The translations under genes were made by a program, and so were the position numbers. From Mobula hypostoma (taxonomy: Eukaryota): a stretch of DNA of 64,000 nt. The notes under the pieces are model-generated. The model saw only the letters and a list, made by a program, of their open reading frames with translations, had not been told where the DNA came from and did not search any database. Position 1 is the stretch's first letter; each line of letters opens with the position of its first letter. The stretch lies in NCBI RefSeq assembly GCF_963921235.1, contig NC_086109.1:16866001-16930000 (forward strand), written 5' to 3'. Shown piece after piece: positions 47,506 through 59,975 of the stretch.

Positions 47506-48177
47506 ACTCACCACAAATTTGAATTGATTCTACAACCTACAAACTCACTTTCAAGGACTCTACAACTCAGTTCCTCAATATTATTGATTTTTTACTTACA
47601 CAATTGTCTTCAATTGCACATTAGTTGTTAGTCAATCTTTGTTTACGTTTTTTTCATAAAGTCTGTTGTACTATATTTCTTTATTTTCCTGTAATTGTCT
47701 ACAAAAAATTGAATCCTCAAGGTAGTATATGGTAATAAACACATACTTTGTGAATAAATTTATTTTGATTTACTTTCATTTTGATTTTGTTTTGGTTGAA
47801 ACCCAACATCATGACTTGAGTTCCCCTGCTCCAACCTGGACCATCTGCAGCCTTTTGTGTCTCAAAATTGTAGATAGATTTACCGAAGACCTAATTTCCC
47901 AATCTCGAAGGTTCTTGAAATGTGAGAAAAGGTGCCGATTAAACAAATAGGAACAAAAACATGTAAAAGCAGGGATAATTGAAGGGTGTTTCAAAGCAGG
48001 CTGAGGAGGCAAGGAGATATGTTTTTGGGAAGAAATGTAGCAGATAGAGCAACTGAGTGCTCGGCATTGATTGGTGTGACAATATAAGAGAGTATTGATT
48101 ATAACTACAGGAAAGGGGGGATAGAAGATGGGGCTTATGGCACTGCTCTGGGTACAGAAATATGTTGAAGAAATTTT

Positions 48178-48370
48178 AAACACAAGAGATTCTGTAGATG
48201 CTGGAAATCTGAAGTAACACACACAAAACACTGGACAAACTTATGTTGGGTCAAGACCTTTCATCAGACCCGTCCTGATGGAGAGTCTCAACCCGAAACG
48301 TTGACTCTTTATTCTTTCACCATAGATGCTTTTGGACCCACTGAGCTCCTCTTGCATCTTGTCTGTGTTG
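48178..48370. mobile_element. Inverted (back-to-back) pair of Penelope terminal repeats
   Basis: ..gacctttcatcagac abuts gtcctgatggagagtctcaacccgaaacgttgac. Confidence 0.68.
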
Positions 48371-48662
48371 AAGAAATTACCTCAAATGCAGTGAATCTAG
48401 AGGGTTGAAAGTGAGTACAAGCCTTTAACATACTGAGGAATTGGAAGTCACATACATTGCAAAGGACGGAGAGCAATATGGGACTTGTGCAACAGGACAT
48501 GTGGTCTGAGAGATTCTCAGTCAGATGCAAATTATGATCAGATCAAATTCTCTTTGTTGCCGTCCACTTGAACCCAAACATCTGGCCAGGAGGATGTATC
48601 TGAAGGCAATATCCACCCATTATTGTGTCTTTCCTGTAAGCCCCTCTGCTTTTCTCTTGCAG

Positions 48663-48790
48663 AGTGACCATCACCGCGGATGGCACCTTGAGGATTAGGA
48701 ACATAAGCCGAACAGATGAAGGAAGGTACACCTGCTTTGCGGAGAATTCTCTGGGAAAAGCGAACAGCACCGGCACCGTGTCAGTCAGAG
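48663..48790 (+). CDS. CNTN2: Contactin-2 coding exon (Ig5 second half), phase 2 to 1
   Basis: Not in the ORF track on the + strand. ttctcttgcag|A GTG...AGA G|gttagt encodes [42 protein letters not shown]. Confidence 0.95.
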
Positions 48791-48837
48791 GTTAGTCTCC
48801 ATGGACCACAAACCTAGGCAATTTCAGCTCTCTTACT

Positions 48838-49300
48838 AGCCACTCTCAGGCTAGAGAAACAGTGCCTCATATTCCATCTGAGTAGCCTCCAACCTGATGG
48901 CATGAACATCAATTTCTCCCCACTTCCCTTTCTCTCTTCTTTCACTCCTCATTCTGGCTCCCCTCTTATCTCTTCTCTTCTCCTCACCTCCCTCTTGTGT
49001 CCCTTCTCCTTCCCTTTCTTCTCTCCTATCAGATTCCTTCTCCTTCAGCCCTTTAACTTTTCAACATATCACCTCCCAGCTTCTCACTTCACCCCTGTCC
49101 CCAACCCACCTGGCTTCTCCTACCACCTGTCAACTTGTACTCCTTCCCCTTCCCCGCCTCCCAGCTTCTTAATTTAGCTTCTCCTCCCTTCCTTACCATT
49201 CTTGACGAAGAGTCTCGGCCCAAAATTTTTGACTGCTTATTACTCTCCACAGGTGCTGCCTGACCTGTTGAGTTCCTCCAGTATTTTGTATGTACTACTT
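48838..49300 (+). mobile_element. Penelope-like 3' fragment
   Basis: gccactctcaggctagagaaacag..ctccaacctgatggcatgaacatc; pyrimidine-rich UTR; gacgaagagtctcggccc. Confidence 0.7.
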
Positions 49301-49421
49301 AGCTCTCTTTCTAACACCTTAAACATGATCTGATTCAGTTAGTCCTTTCCTGTTCTCCAATTTTTCCCTCTACAACCCACTCCCTTGATTCATAATGTCT
49401 ACTTCTCCTATTTTTCCCCAG

Positions 49422-49597
49422 ATGCCACTAAAATCACTCTGGCCCCATCCAATGCTGACATCAACCTCGGAGAAGACGTTATTCTGCAGTGCCATGCAAG
49501 TCACGATCCCGCCATGGACCTCACATTCACCTGGTCAGTGAATGAATCACCTATCGACTTTGACGCTTTACGGGACCACTACCAACGTGTTTCCACG
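49422..49597 (+). CDS. CNTN2: Contactin-2 coding exon (Ig6 first half), phase 1 to 0
   Basis: ttccccag|AT GCC...TCC ACG|gtgagt encodes (D)[58 protein letters not shown]. Confidence 0.95.
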
Positions 49598-49827
49598 GTG
49601 AGTATAAACACCAAAGGCACAACACTCTTGGACCTGAGGAGCAGCGGCTGCTTATCCCTCTCAATTAATAATGTACAGCCAACATCAAACATTTTGACTT
49701 GACATGCTCAGTCACCCACTGATCTTAGAAAATAACCAACACTCTCTCATCTCACATCAGAGGTCACATTTTCTTCACAAATATAGAATGCGAAAGGCAT
49801 TGATTAAAACTATCTCATGGAGCACTT

Positions 49828-50452
49828 CATAGAAACATAGGAAATAGGTGCAGGAGTAGGCCATTCGGCCCTTCGAGCCTGCACCGCCTTTTATTATGAT
49901 CATGGCTGATCATCCAATTCAGAACCCTGTACCAGCCTTCCCCCCCATACCCCCTGATCCCTTTAGCCACAAGGGCCATATCTAACTCCCTCTTAAATAT
50001 GCCAATGAACTGGCCTCAACTGTTTCCTGTGGCAGAGAATTCCACAGATTCACCACTCTCTGTGTGAAGAAGTTTTTCCTAATCTCGGTCCTAAAAGGCT
50101 TCCCCTTTATCCTCAACTGTGACCCCTCGTTCTGGACTTCCTCAACATCGGGAACAATCTTCCTGCATCTAGCCTGTCCAATCCTTTTAGGATTTTATAC
50201 ATTTCAATAAGATCCCCCCTCAATCTTCTAAATTCCAATGAGTATAAGCCTAGTCAATCCAGTCTTTCATCATATGAAAGTCCTGCCATCCCAGGAATCA
50301 ATCTGGTGAACCTTCTTTGTACTCCCTCTATGGCAAAGATGTCTTTCCTCAGATTAGGGGACCAAAACTGCACACAATACTCCAGGTGTGATCTCACCAA
50401 GGTCTTGTACAACTGCAGTAATACCTCCCTGCTCCTGTACTCAAATCTTCTT
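49828..50452 (-). mobile_element. Young CR1 3' fragment, same subfamily as the full-length element
   Basis: Reverse complement is nearly identical to 38040-38660; FEYRSREVLLQLYKTLVRSHLEYCVQFWSP; catagaaacatag tail. Confidence 0.92.
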
Positions 50453-50769
50453 GCAAAATGTTGGAAAAACAAATGGGAAAAGTTAGAATTTTGTTGAGGA
50501 GGAAGAGTTGGAGAGCTTTAGGGAGGTAGTTTCAAGAAGGACATCAGAAAATAATTTTAGTTTCTGCTTCAGTAAAGAGTTCTAACAGAGTGACTTCGAC
50601 CTGAAATGTTAATTATTTTTCTTTCCACAAGTGCTGTCATTTTAGTGAAATAATTATTAGTAATGAAAAACTGAAATAAAAAATAGAAAGTTCTAGAAAT
50701 ACTCACTGCCTGTTACGATTATTTCTTTTTTATTTCTTTCCTGATACCATTTCTCAGAACGTAATTTTG

Positions 50770-50987
50770 TTTGTCAGTCATTGTTGTTCCTTTCCACGCC
50801 TTATGGTGCATCAGGTGGCAACCTCGCCATTTCTTTAGATTTGTCTGTTTTATAAAAGGCCAAGATGCTAGCTCAATGCTCAACCCAGCAGGGTTGGAAA
50901 ACAATGCAAGGAGCCGGCTGGATCTGAACCTGGGACCATTCACCTTGAAGTCTGGTGGAGATGCCACTACACCATTGGGCTGGCACA
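50770..50987 (-). mobile_element. Second tRNA-derived SINE family
   Basis: Reverse complement of the 63411 family (gctcaacccagca, gaacctgggaccattcacc, actacaccattggg). Confidence 0.72.
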
Positions 50988-51154
50988 ATGTCAGTCATTA
51001 TTCACATAGAAAATCATTCATTCTTCTATGTCTCATGGAAAAGGGGTTGTCCAATGTAATGATACGCATCATTGTGAAATCCAAAACCCTTAAGCCAAAA
51101 AAAAGGGGGTTAACTTTCACTTTTAACAGTTTGGCAAAGCAGATTGTAAACTTG

Positions 51155-51376
51155 AACAACACACAAAATGCTGGAGGAAATCAGCAGGCCAGGTGGCATC
51201 TATAGAGGGAAATGAATATCTGACATTTCAGGCCAAGACCCTTCATCAGGACTGGAAAGGAAAGGGGCAGAAACCAGAATAAGAAGGCGGACAGGGAGGC
51301 AGGAATACAAGCTAGCTGGTGACAGGTGATGGAGAAGGTGTGTGGGTGGGGAAAGGGTGAGAAGCTGGGAGGTGAT
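51155..51376 (-). mobile_element. Penelope-like terminal repeat and UTR
   Basis: acacacaaaatgctggagg...agacccttcatcaggactgg. Confidence 0.68.
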
Positions 51377-54173
51377 GTTCGTTATCGTCCTTATTTCCAG
51401 TTCCTTCCCTGGCTGCATATTTAGAAGTACAACTGCAATGCTTAGAAGGTATTAGGACAGTTACTTAGATCAGAAAGGCATAGAGGGATACAGGACTATT
51501 GCAGGCAAACAGGACTAGTGTAGATAGGCATCACAGTCAAGGTGTGACACAAGGCTTGTTTCTATGGCACACAGTTCAGTGATTATATGACTCAACTTTT
51601 GGCCCCTCTCCATTAGTGATCTAGATTTCAGCTGCCAAGGCTCTAGACACTGGAATTCTTCCCCAACCTCTCCGCCTCTATCACTATGCCTTTAGACCGA
51701 CTTCTTACCTCTAGTCAGCACTCCTTGTGGTGATAAACCTCCTGGGATCTTTTGCTGGTTCAGAAAGCTCTGCTAACGTTACATATTTTGATATATACAT
51801 TGATCCACTCACAAGGAAAGAGGGATTTATCAAAGAATACTGAATCATACAGAAAATATACCACTCATGCGTTAATAACTGTTTTCCTAAGCATAAATAT
51901 TACAGGAACATCAGTGCATAATAAATAAGCAATTAAAATATTTAGAACTGTCTACATAATCATTTATTCTGCAGTAGTTCAAACTAAATTAGCATTTTCC
52001 AAAGAAATACAAGAGAGTCAGATTCTCAGCAGGTTTTTCATTAGGGTATCTCCTCTCTTCCTCTGTCTCCCCTCTTCCCCTACCTCCTCTCCTCCCCTAT
52101 ACTCATCCCTTCATGATAAGTTCCACCTTTACATTGCCCTGATTTCCGCTCTCTTCCCATCCTAACTCATTCCGTTGCTTTTCTATGTCTGACGGGATTC
52201 TCCTTCCAAACCCCCGCACAAGGATGCAGTGAGAATGTGCTCGAAACAGCAAGGCTGTTGATTTATACTGCATACGTGTTTCTGCACTGTTGTCACATCG
52301 GAACTTTCAGATATGGCCCAAGGCCAGAGGGAAGGGCACTGAAGCGGGTCAACTTTAATGAGAACGGCTGCAGAATTTAAAGGAAAAGAAAAGCAATAAA
52401 TGCCAGACCAACGGGGCCCTTAACTAAAACTCTCAAACTGAAAGTTAAATGCTGACACGGCGGCTGAAGGCAATACCTAAATACTTAGTAAACACTGCTC
52501 CTTTCCAGCGTCAATCGAAACGTTAGTCCTCTTTCCCGGACAAGAATGAGGGTAAGCAGGGAGCGTAACACTGCTGTGCTTCGGGTCAAATCTCGACAAG
52601 ACTACAATGAAAAGAAGGGAGATAAATATGACCATAGTGAAACAGTAATTAGCTGGGACATGCATACTCATGAGCTCAATTGCTGAACCCGTTGCACAGC
52701 TCGCACTGCAGCAGAATCCATGGTTGTGACTTGTCATTTCTGGAACAAATTGACACCAGCCATTTCGGGCCTCCTCTTTCCGCAGGTTTACTATCTTCTT
52801 CTTTGGGAGTCCCGAGGGACCCATTATGACTTCATTCCACTGCAGTTCTCTGGGTTTTAAGGTGGATCAAATGTGGGAAAATGATAAAAGTTTCACAGAT
52901 AGAGATATCTTATGGGGTTGAAGCGTAAAAGCTTTTTGTGAGGTAGTGCACTTCTTCCAGGGCTTCTGTGTGACCCTGATGAATTTGACTCAAGATTTTC
53001 AATAACATCTCCAACATTCCATTTCCATTCTCAGTGGTTGTGGACCAGAGGTGTCCCAGAATCAGTGGTAATATTGCATTTCTTCAAAGGAAGCAAATCC
53101 TTGAATCTTTTCCTCTGTCCAATTTTTGCATATTCCATATTACCTAAAGGGAATTCTTCCCCGAGCCTATATAATTGGGCAGCCTAATTTTAGAAATATG
53201 TATCTCTGAAGCTATTTGTGTGGTACACTGATAAAGTTTGATTAATTCACCTTATTATGACAAAAATTAAGCATGTTAAATCAAAGTGATTTATTGAAAA
53301 TAACTAGTAAAATAATAATTCAGATTCTAAATTATTTATCACATATACGTACTGTGCATCAAAACATACAGTGAAATGTGTTGTTTGCACTAACACATTT
53401 GAATAATTAATTTCATAGTAAGCTTAAAGATTAATTTTATTTGAAACCTGTCCATGTCTGGCCTTCAACGTTTCAGTGCAGTACAACTCTATGACTCCAT
53501 CACTCTACATCCAACTTCCATTAAGGAGTCTCCCTAAGTTTTTGAAGCCATGCGATCTCATGGCAGTGAGGGGAATGCAGCTCTTATTCTGACTGGGATC
53601 TGCTTCCCTATTTAAAAACAAAATCATGAAACGGTGAGTTGCGCCAAACGCAAGGTGTGCCCAGGAGCCTATCACTGGTTGCACCAAGTTGCAGCTAAAG
53701 GGAATCAGTGCAATCCAGCAGAACCGGGGCCTGCTTAGGGAATTGAACCCGGGTCGCCTGCACCATAAAGCGTTGTGCTAACCACTGCACCACCATGCCA
53801 CCCTATTTGGTTCATATTCCTCTGAACTTCACTATGTACCTGTCCAGATGTCTCTTAAACATTGTGATTGTAACTCCCACCTGATTCTGAAACTCAGAGG
53901 AGTTCAGGGACTGATACCTGGGGAAGAAGCTAATGTTACATTCCTGACGTATTCCTGCTTCCGCACCATGGGACTTAGATTGTCATAGCTGATGGTGGAT
54001 TTGGTATGTGCAAGTGAATGGCAGCATCAGAAGGTGTAAGACCACAGCTTGTTGAGTTGCTAATGACAATCTTCCAGATGCCAGATCCAAAGGAATTGTT
54101 TAAGTCCTGGTAATGAAAGGTCTTCTGTGAGACAGACTCCCCCATTCACCTACCTCCTTCCCTCTCTTTGCAG

Positions 54174-54294
54174 CGGGAAACTATTGGAGACCTCAAGATA
54201 ACCAACGTACAGTTGAAACACGCCGGAAGATACACGTGCACAGCCCAAACTGTAGTAGATGGCGCCTCAGCATCTGCATTACTGGTGGTGAGAG
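54174..54294 (+). CDS. CNTN2: Contactin-2 coding exon (Ig6 second half), phase 0 to 1
   Basis: Not in the ORF track. ctctttgcag|CGG GAA...AGA G|gtaagg encodes [40 protein letters not shown]. Confidence 0.95.
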
Positions 54295-54577
54295 GTAAGG
54301 GAGATTGATCAGTTTATTGGAAATGTATAAGTTTCCTCTAACTCCAAGTGATTATAGATCCAACTTCTTCAATCGTTCGTGAAAGGACAAACCTCTTGTT
54401 CCCGGAATTAGCCCAGTGAATCTCATCTGGACTTCCTCCAATTCTGGTCCTAATCTTCCTATAATAAGGAGACCAAACCTGTATGCAGAACAAAGGATGC
54501 TGACTGACTTACAGCCTGCACAATTTTAACAATACTTTCTGCCTCTGATTTCTAACACCCTTATCATGAAGGCTAAC

Positions 54578-55730
54578 AAGCCAAAATTAGAGCAAATGGT
54601 ATTAGGGGTAGGGTACTGACATGGATAGAAAATTGGTTGGCAGACAGGAAACAAAGAGTATGGATTAATGGGTCCTTTTCAGAATGGCAGGCAGTGACTA
54701 GTGGGGTACCGCAAGGCTCGGTGCTAGGACTGCAGCTATTTACAATATACATTAATGATTTAGATGAAGGGAATAAAAGTAACATTAGCAAATTTGCAGA
54801 TGACACAAAGCTGGGCGGCAGTGTGAAATGTGAGGAGGATGTTATGAGAATGCAGGGTGACTTGGACAGGTTGGGTGAGTGGGCAGATGCATGACAGGTG
54901 CAGTTTAATGTGGATAAATGTGAGGTTATCCACTTTGGTGGCAAGAACAAGAAGGCAGATTACTATCTGAATGGTGTCAAGTTAGGAAGAGGGGAAGTAC
55001 AATGAGATCTAGGTGTCCTTGTTCATCAGTCACTGAATGCAAGCAGCAGGTACAGAAGGTTGTGAAGAAACCTAATAGCATGCTGGCCTTCATAACAAGG
55101 GGAATTGAGTATAGGAGCAAAGAGGTCCTTCTGCAGTTGTACAGGGCCCTGGCGAGACCACACCTGGAATATTGTGTGCAGTTTTGGTCTCCCAATTTGA
55201 GGAAGGACATTCTAGCTATTGAGTGAGTGCAGTGTAGGTTCACGAGGTTAATTGCCGGGATGGCGGGACTGTCATATGTTGAAAGATTGGAGCGACTGGG
55301 GTTGTATACACTGGAATTTAGAAGGATGAGAAGGGATCTGATTGAAACATATAAGATTATTAAGGGATTGGACACGCTAGAGGCAGGAAACATGTTCCCG
55401 ATGTTGGGTGAGTCCAGAACCAGAGGCCACAGTTTAAGAATAAGGGGTAGACAATTTAGAACGGAGTTGAGGAAACACTTTTTGACACAGAGGGTTGTGG
55501 TTCTGTGGAATGCTCTGCCTCAGAAGGCAGTGGAGGCCAATTCTCTGAATTCTTTCAAAAAAGAGTTTGATAGAGCTCTTAAAGATAGCGGAGTGAAGGG
55601 ATATGGGGAGAAGGCAGGAAAAGGGTACTGATTGTGGATGATCAGCCATGATCACAGTGAATGCTGGTGCTGGCTCGAAGGGCTGAATAGCCTACTCCTG
55701 CACCTACTGTCTATTGTCTATTGTCTATTG
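54578..55730 (+). mobile_element. CR1 3' fragment (RT C-terminus, (CTATTGT)n tail)
   Basis: GVPQGSVLG, FADDTKL, HLEYCVQFWSP, TRGH; tail ctattgtctattgtctattg. Confidence 0.92.
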
Positions 55731-56189
55731 CCATTTGCTTTCATAGAATATAGTACATCAGGAGCAGCACAACACATAATAAAATTGCTGGAGGAAGTTG
55801 GCAGGTCAGGCAGCATCTATGGAGAGGAATAAACAGTCAACATTTCAAGCCAAAACTCTTCATCAGGGTAGGCCCTTCAGCCCACCATGTCTGTGCTGAT
55901 AATGCCAATCCAAACTAACTATTTACTACACCACCTGCTACTATTTTGTGCCTGATGCATAATACCACCCAGATCCACCTGTACATCACTCATTTGCAGT
56001 CTCTCTCAATTTAGATAATAATCTGCCCTTTGATTCCCGAAAAGGCTGGAGAAGAAGTTGGGATCACTCTACCTAGAACAAGGAAGATTAAGGGTAGATT
56101 CCATAGTTGGCGTTCAACTTCATAAGATGTTTAGTTAAACTGAACTTGCTTCTGTGGTAAACAGATTCAAGATATCTAATAATAGAACA

Positions 56190-57085
56190 AGGATCTGATT
56201 TATTATCACTGACTTACAAGATATGAAATTAGTTTTGCAGCAGCAGTACAATATAAAGACATAATATTACTGTAAGTTCTAAAAATAAATACCGAGCGCA
56301 ATAAAAGGCATAATGAGGAAGTATTCATAGGTTTGTGGACCCTTCAGAAATCTGAAGGTGGAGGGGAAGAAGCTGTTCCTGAATCATTGGGTGTGGGTCT
56401 TCGGGATTTTGTACCTCCTCTGCAATGCTGGTAATAAAAAGAGGGTGTGTCCCAAATAAATTCAAAGAAAATGTATTATCAAGGTACATTTATGTTACAT
56501 TACAGCCCTGAGATTCAATTTGATGTGAGCATGCTCAATAAATCCAAGAAACATGCTAGAATCAAGGAAACGCCACACTCAATAGGGCGGAAAACTAATG
56601 TGCAAAGGACAACAAACTGTAAAAACACAACAGGAAAAAAAACACATAATAATAATAATAAATAAACAGGGAATAAATATTAAGAATATGAGATAAAGAG
56701 TTCTTTCAAGTGAGTCCATAGGTTTTGGGAACAGTTCAGTGACGGAGCAAGTGAAGTTGACTGAAGTGTTTCAATAGCCTGATGGTTGAGGGGTAGTAAC
56801 TGCTCCTGAACCTGCTGGTGCGAGTCCTGAGGCCGCTGTACCTTCCTCCTGATGGCAGCAGCAAGGAGAGAGCCTGGCCTGAGTGGTGGGGGTCCCTGAT
56901 GCTGGATGCTGCTTTCCTGCGACAATGCTTCATGTAGCTGTGCTCAAAGGTGGGGCCAGCTTAACCTATGATGGACTGGCCCATACCCTTGACTTTTTGT
57001 GGAACCTTCCGTTCAAGGGCATTGGCGTTTCCATACCAGGCTGTGATGCAGCCAGTCAATATACTCTCCACCACGCACCTATAGA
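56190..57085 (-). mobile_element. Two stacked Rex1/Babar-like 3' fragments
   Basis: HCRRKAASSIRDPHHSGQALSLLLPSGGRYSGLRTRTSRFRSSYYPSTIRLL, plus a second 3' end at about 56190-56450. Confidence 0.72.
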
Positions 57086-58868
57086 AGTGAGGGTTCTTGG
57101 TGATAGATGCTGCTTTCTTGAGATACCAGAGAATTTTTTTTCATGCAGTAACCCTCTGGTATGTTTGCTACATTTTTTGATTGAGATGATTTTATTGAAA
57201 TATGCAACATTCTGAGGGGTCTGAACAGGGCGGATGCTGAGGGCACGTTTCCCTTTTGCTTTCTTCAATTAAGAAAAGTGGAAGAAAAGCTTTACTGGAT
57301 AATTACTGCATATAGCGCTTATTGGTGTTAATGGATGGGCCCACTGTCAATTTTCAAATCACTGGGGATTCGGATTTGAATTTTCAGCTCTTAATTGATA
57401 TCCAATTGATGTATATTAATCTCTTCAGCCTCCCACATTAATTGCAAATCTTTCTGATGCGGAAAGTGTCACAGGGAAAAGACATACAATCAGTTGCAGG
57501 TAGATAAATGGCTGGTTACTTCAATGGGCTCTGGGCCTCTAGATCCAGCAAGCAGCTGGTGTGACAGATGTTTCCATAAGCATTCAATCCCACAAAGGTT
57601 CTTTTCATCAAATAATTAAATGGGAAGGCTAATCCTTTGGGATCGTATTTTCATTTCAATCGCTCCCCACAGCTTTGTTTTCTTAAGGAAACAAGGCAAA
57701 AACAAGGTTTGATTAGACTTTTTTTCTCCATGGAATGTCATTTTTTGTTTACCAGCTTGCCAGTACCAACATTGGGTAGGCCATTTGTTGCCATGGTTAC
57801 ACATTTCAATCCTTCTAATCTGGTCTCCTGGAGTCCCTTGGCCACTGAGTCAATCTCAGATGGTACTCCCAGCCTCTCTAGGACTAGCCTGGAGTCGCCA
57901 AGATTAATCTGTGAAATATCAGCATGGGCACCCTCTGATCCCGGGAATTAACTGGCTGAGTATCCTGCTGATTCCAATGCCAGTATTTGTCTTCTTTAAT
58001 AAAGAGATCAAAATTGTGCAGAGATTAGTTTTCAGCAGTGTCCTGTAAAATTGTAAAAATGCTTCTGATAGTATTTAGGATATGAAGCATTAACTCTGAT
58101 CCGTTTCCACGCTAATTCCTTTATTTCAGATTTCCAGCATCTGAGGGATATTTTAAAATGTTAAGTTACACATCCTGCAGCCCATGAACACTACCTCATT
58201 ATTTTTGCTCCCTTTCTGCACTACAGATTTACTTCAATTTTTGTGTTTAGTTTATAGTTGTTTATGTATTGCAATGTACTGTACTGCAAAACAGCAAATT
58301 CCACAGCATATTGTATGTCAGTGATATGAAACCTAATTCTGATTTTGATTCTGCACACTCCAGTAAAACTTATGTAATATAACCATTGAATTTGGTTGTT
58401 GTAGTCCACATAGTGCGTTTTATATTCCCTGAACAATTTTGCTAATGATTTTAAAATAATGCAGTTGGGGAGTAGTAAAAGTCTTTTTGACTAACAGTGA
58501 AGAATCATTCGACTTACTTCTTTAGTTGTTTATTTTGGAAGATATGGGCTTTGCTCGCAAGTCCAACATTTACTGCCCTTTCTTAATTGCTTTTGAGAAG
58601 GTGATGATGAACTAGCTGCTTGAATCAAGTTCAAGTTCAGGTGTAGTTGTCATTCAACCATATACATGTTCCTCCAGGGCCAATGTGCACATATAGTTAC
58701 GATCCCGGACATACAGTCATAAAATTATATCAGCATAAGTCCCTGAACAGCTTGTCCTGAAGATTTATGGTGCTTGGGATGTTGTCCTGAAGCCATATTT
58801 TTCCAAGTATAAGCACGCAGCAGTTCCTCAAACTTCCCTCTGGGAAAGGAATTCACTCAGTGCTGCTA

Positions 58869-59160
58869 GGCGGCACAGTAGCATAGTGGTTAGCACAACA
58901 CTTTCCAGTACCAGTGACCCAGGTTCAGTTCCCACTGCTGCCAGTAAGGAGTTTCTGTGTTCTCCCCGTGGGTTTCTTTGGGTGCTCCATTTTCCTCCCA
59001 TAGTGCGAAGACTGACCAGTTGGTATGTTAATTGTTCATTGTAAATTGTCCTGTGATCAGGCTAGGGTTAAATTGGGGGATTGCTTGGTGGTGTGGCTTG
59101 AAGAGCCTGAAGGGCCTATTCCATGCTGTATTTCAATAAATAAATAAATACATAAATAAA
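58869..59160 (+). mobile_element. tRNA-derived V-domain SINE (HE1-like)
   Basis: A box tagcatagtgg, B-box-like ggttcagttccc, V-domain ttctccccgtg..ggtgctcc..tttcctccca, (taaa)n tail. Confidence 0.82.
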
Positions 59161-59414
59161 CACAAAGTTCAAATGTTCCTAAACTTCTCCAGACAGAGTG
59201 TGGAGCCGATGATCCAACTTGGCTTCTCCCTGAGATTTGGCCATCACAGAAGTCGCCTTTAATTCAGTTGATCATGTGTTGTGAAGAAGGCTGACAGCAC
59301 TAGAACAGCAGGGCCTGCTGGATTAGACTGTGTCCCCGCCATATTACTGAAGACTTGCACTCCTGAACTAGCCAAGTGTGTGTCCAAGCTATTCCAGTTC
59401 GGGACTGGCATCCA

Positions 59415-59975
59415 TGAGGACTCCATCATAGGAAAGCCCCTCCCCATTACTGAGCACATCTACATGGAGTGCTGCCACAGGAAAGCAGCATCCATCATCA
59501 AGGAACCTCACCAAACTCTCTTCCCGCTGCTGCCATCAGGAGGGAGATACAGGGTCATTAGGTCCCATACCACCAGGTTCAGGAACAGTTATTACTGCTC
59601 AACCATCAGGCTCCTGAACCAGAGTGGATAACCTCAAACATGAACTGATTCCCAAAACACATGGACTCACTTTCAAGGACTCTACATCACAGTGTTATTT
59701 ATTTTTTATTATTCTTTGTGCAACTACTTATTTCTCAGTCTTTGTTATTTATAATTTTTCATAAGTTCCATTGCATTTTATTATTTTCCTGTAAGTGCAT
59801 GCAAGAAAATGAATCTCAAGGTTGTATACAGTATGGTGATATACAGTACTGTGCAAAAGTTTTAGAAACATATATATAGCTAGGGAGCCTAAGAATTTTG
59901 CACAGTGATGTAGTAATTTTATGTATTGCACAAAGAAAACCAAATTTCATGACATATGTGAATGATGATAAACCT
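59415..59975 (+). mobile_element. Rex1/Babar-like 3' fragment(s)
   Basis: CCHRKAASIIKEP..LPSGGRYRVIRSHTTRFRNSYY..IRLLN; aataaacctgattctg tail. Confidence 0.72.
59844..59910. mobile_element. 67-bp Tc1-derived MITE with the same TIR as 33317-33723
   Basis: ta|cagtactgtgcaaaag...aattttgcacagtgatg|ta. Confidence 0.72.

Noticed and set aside
414..54294. Assignment to CNTN1 or CNTN3-6
   Set aside because: [24 protein letters not shown], [14 protein letters not shown] and ETIGDL match CNTN2 as recalled rather than its paralogs.
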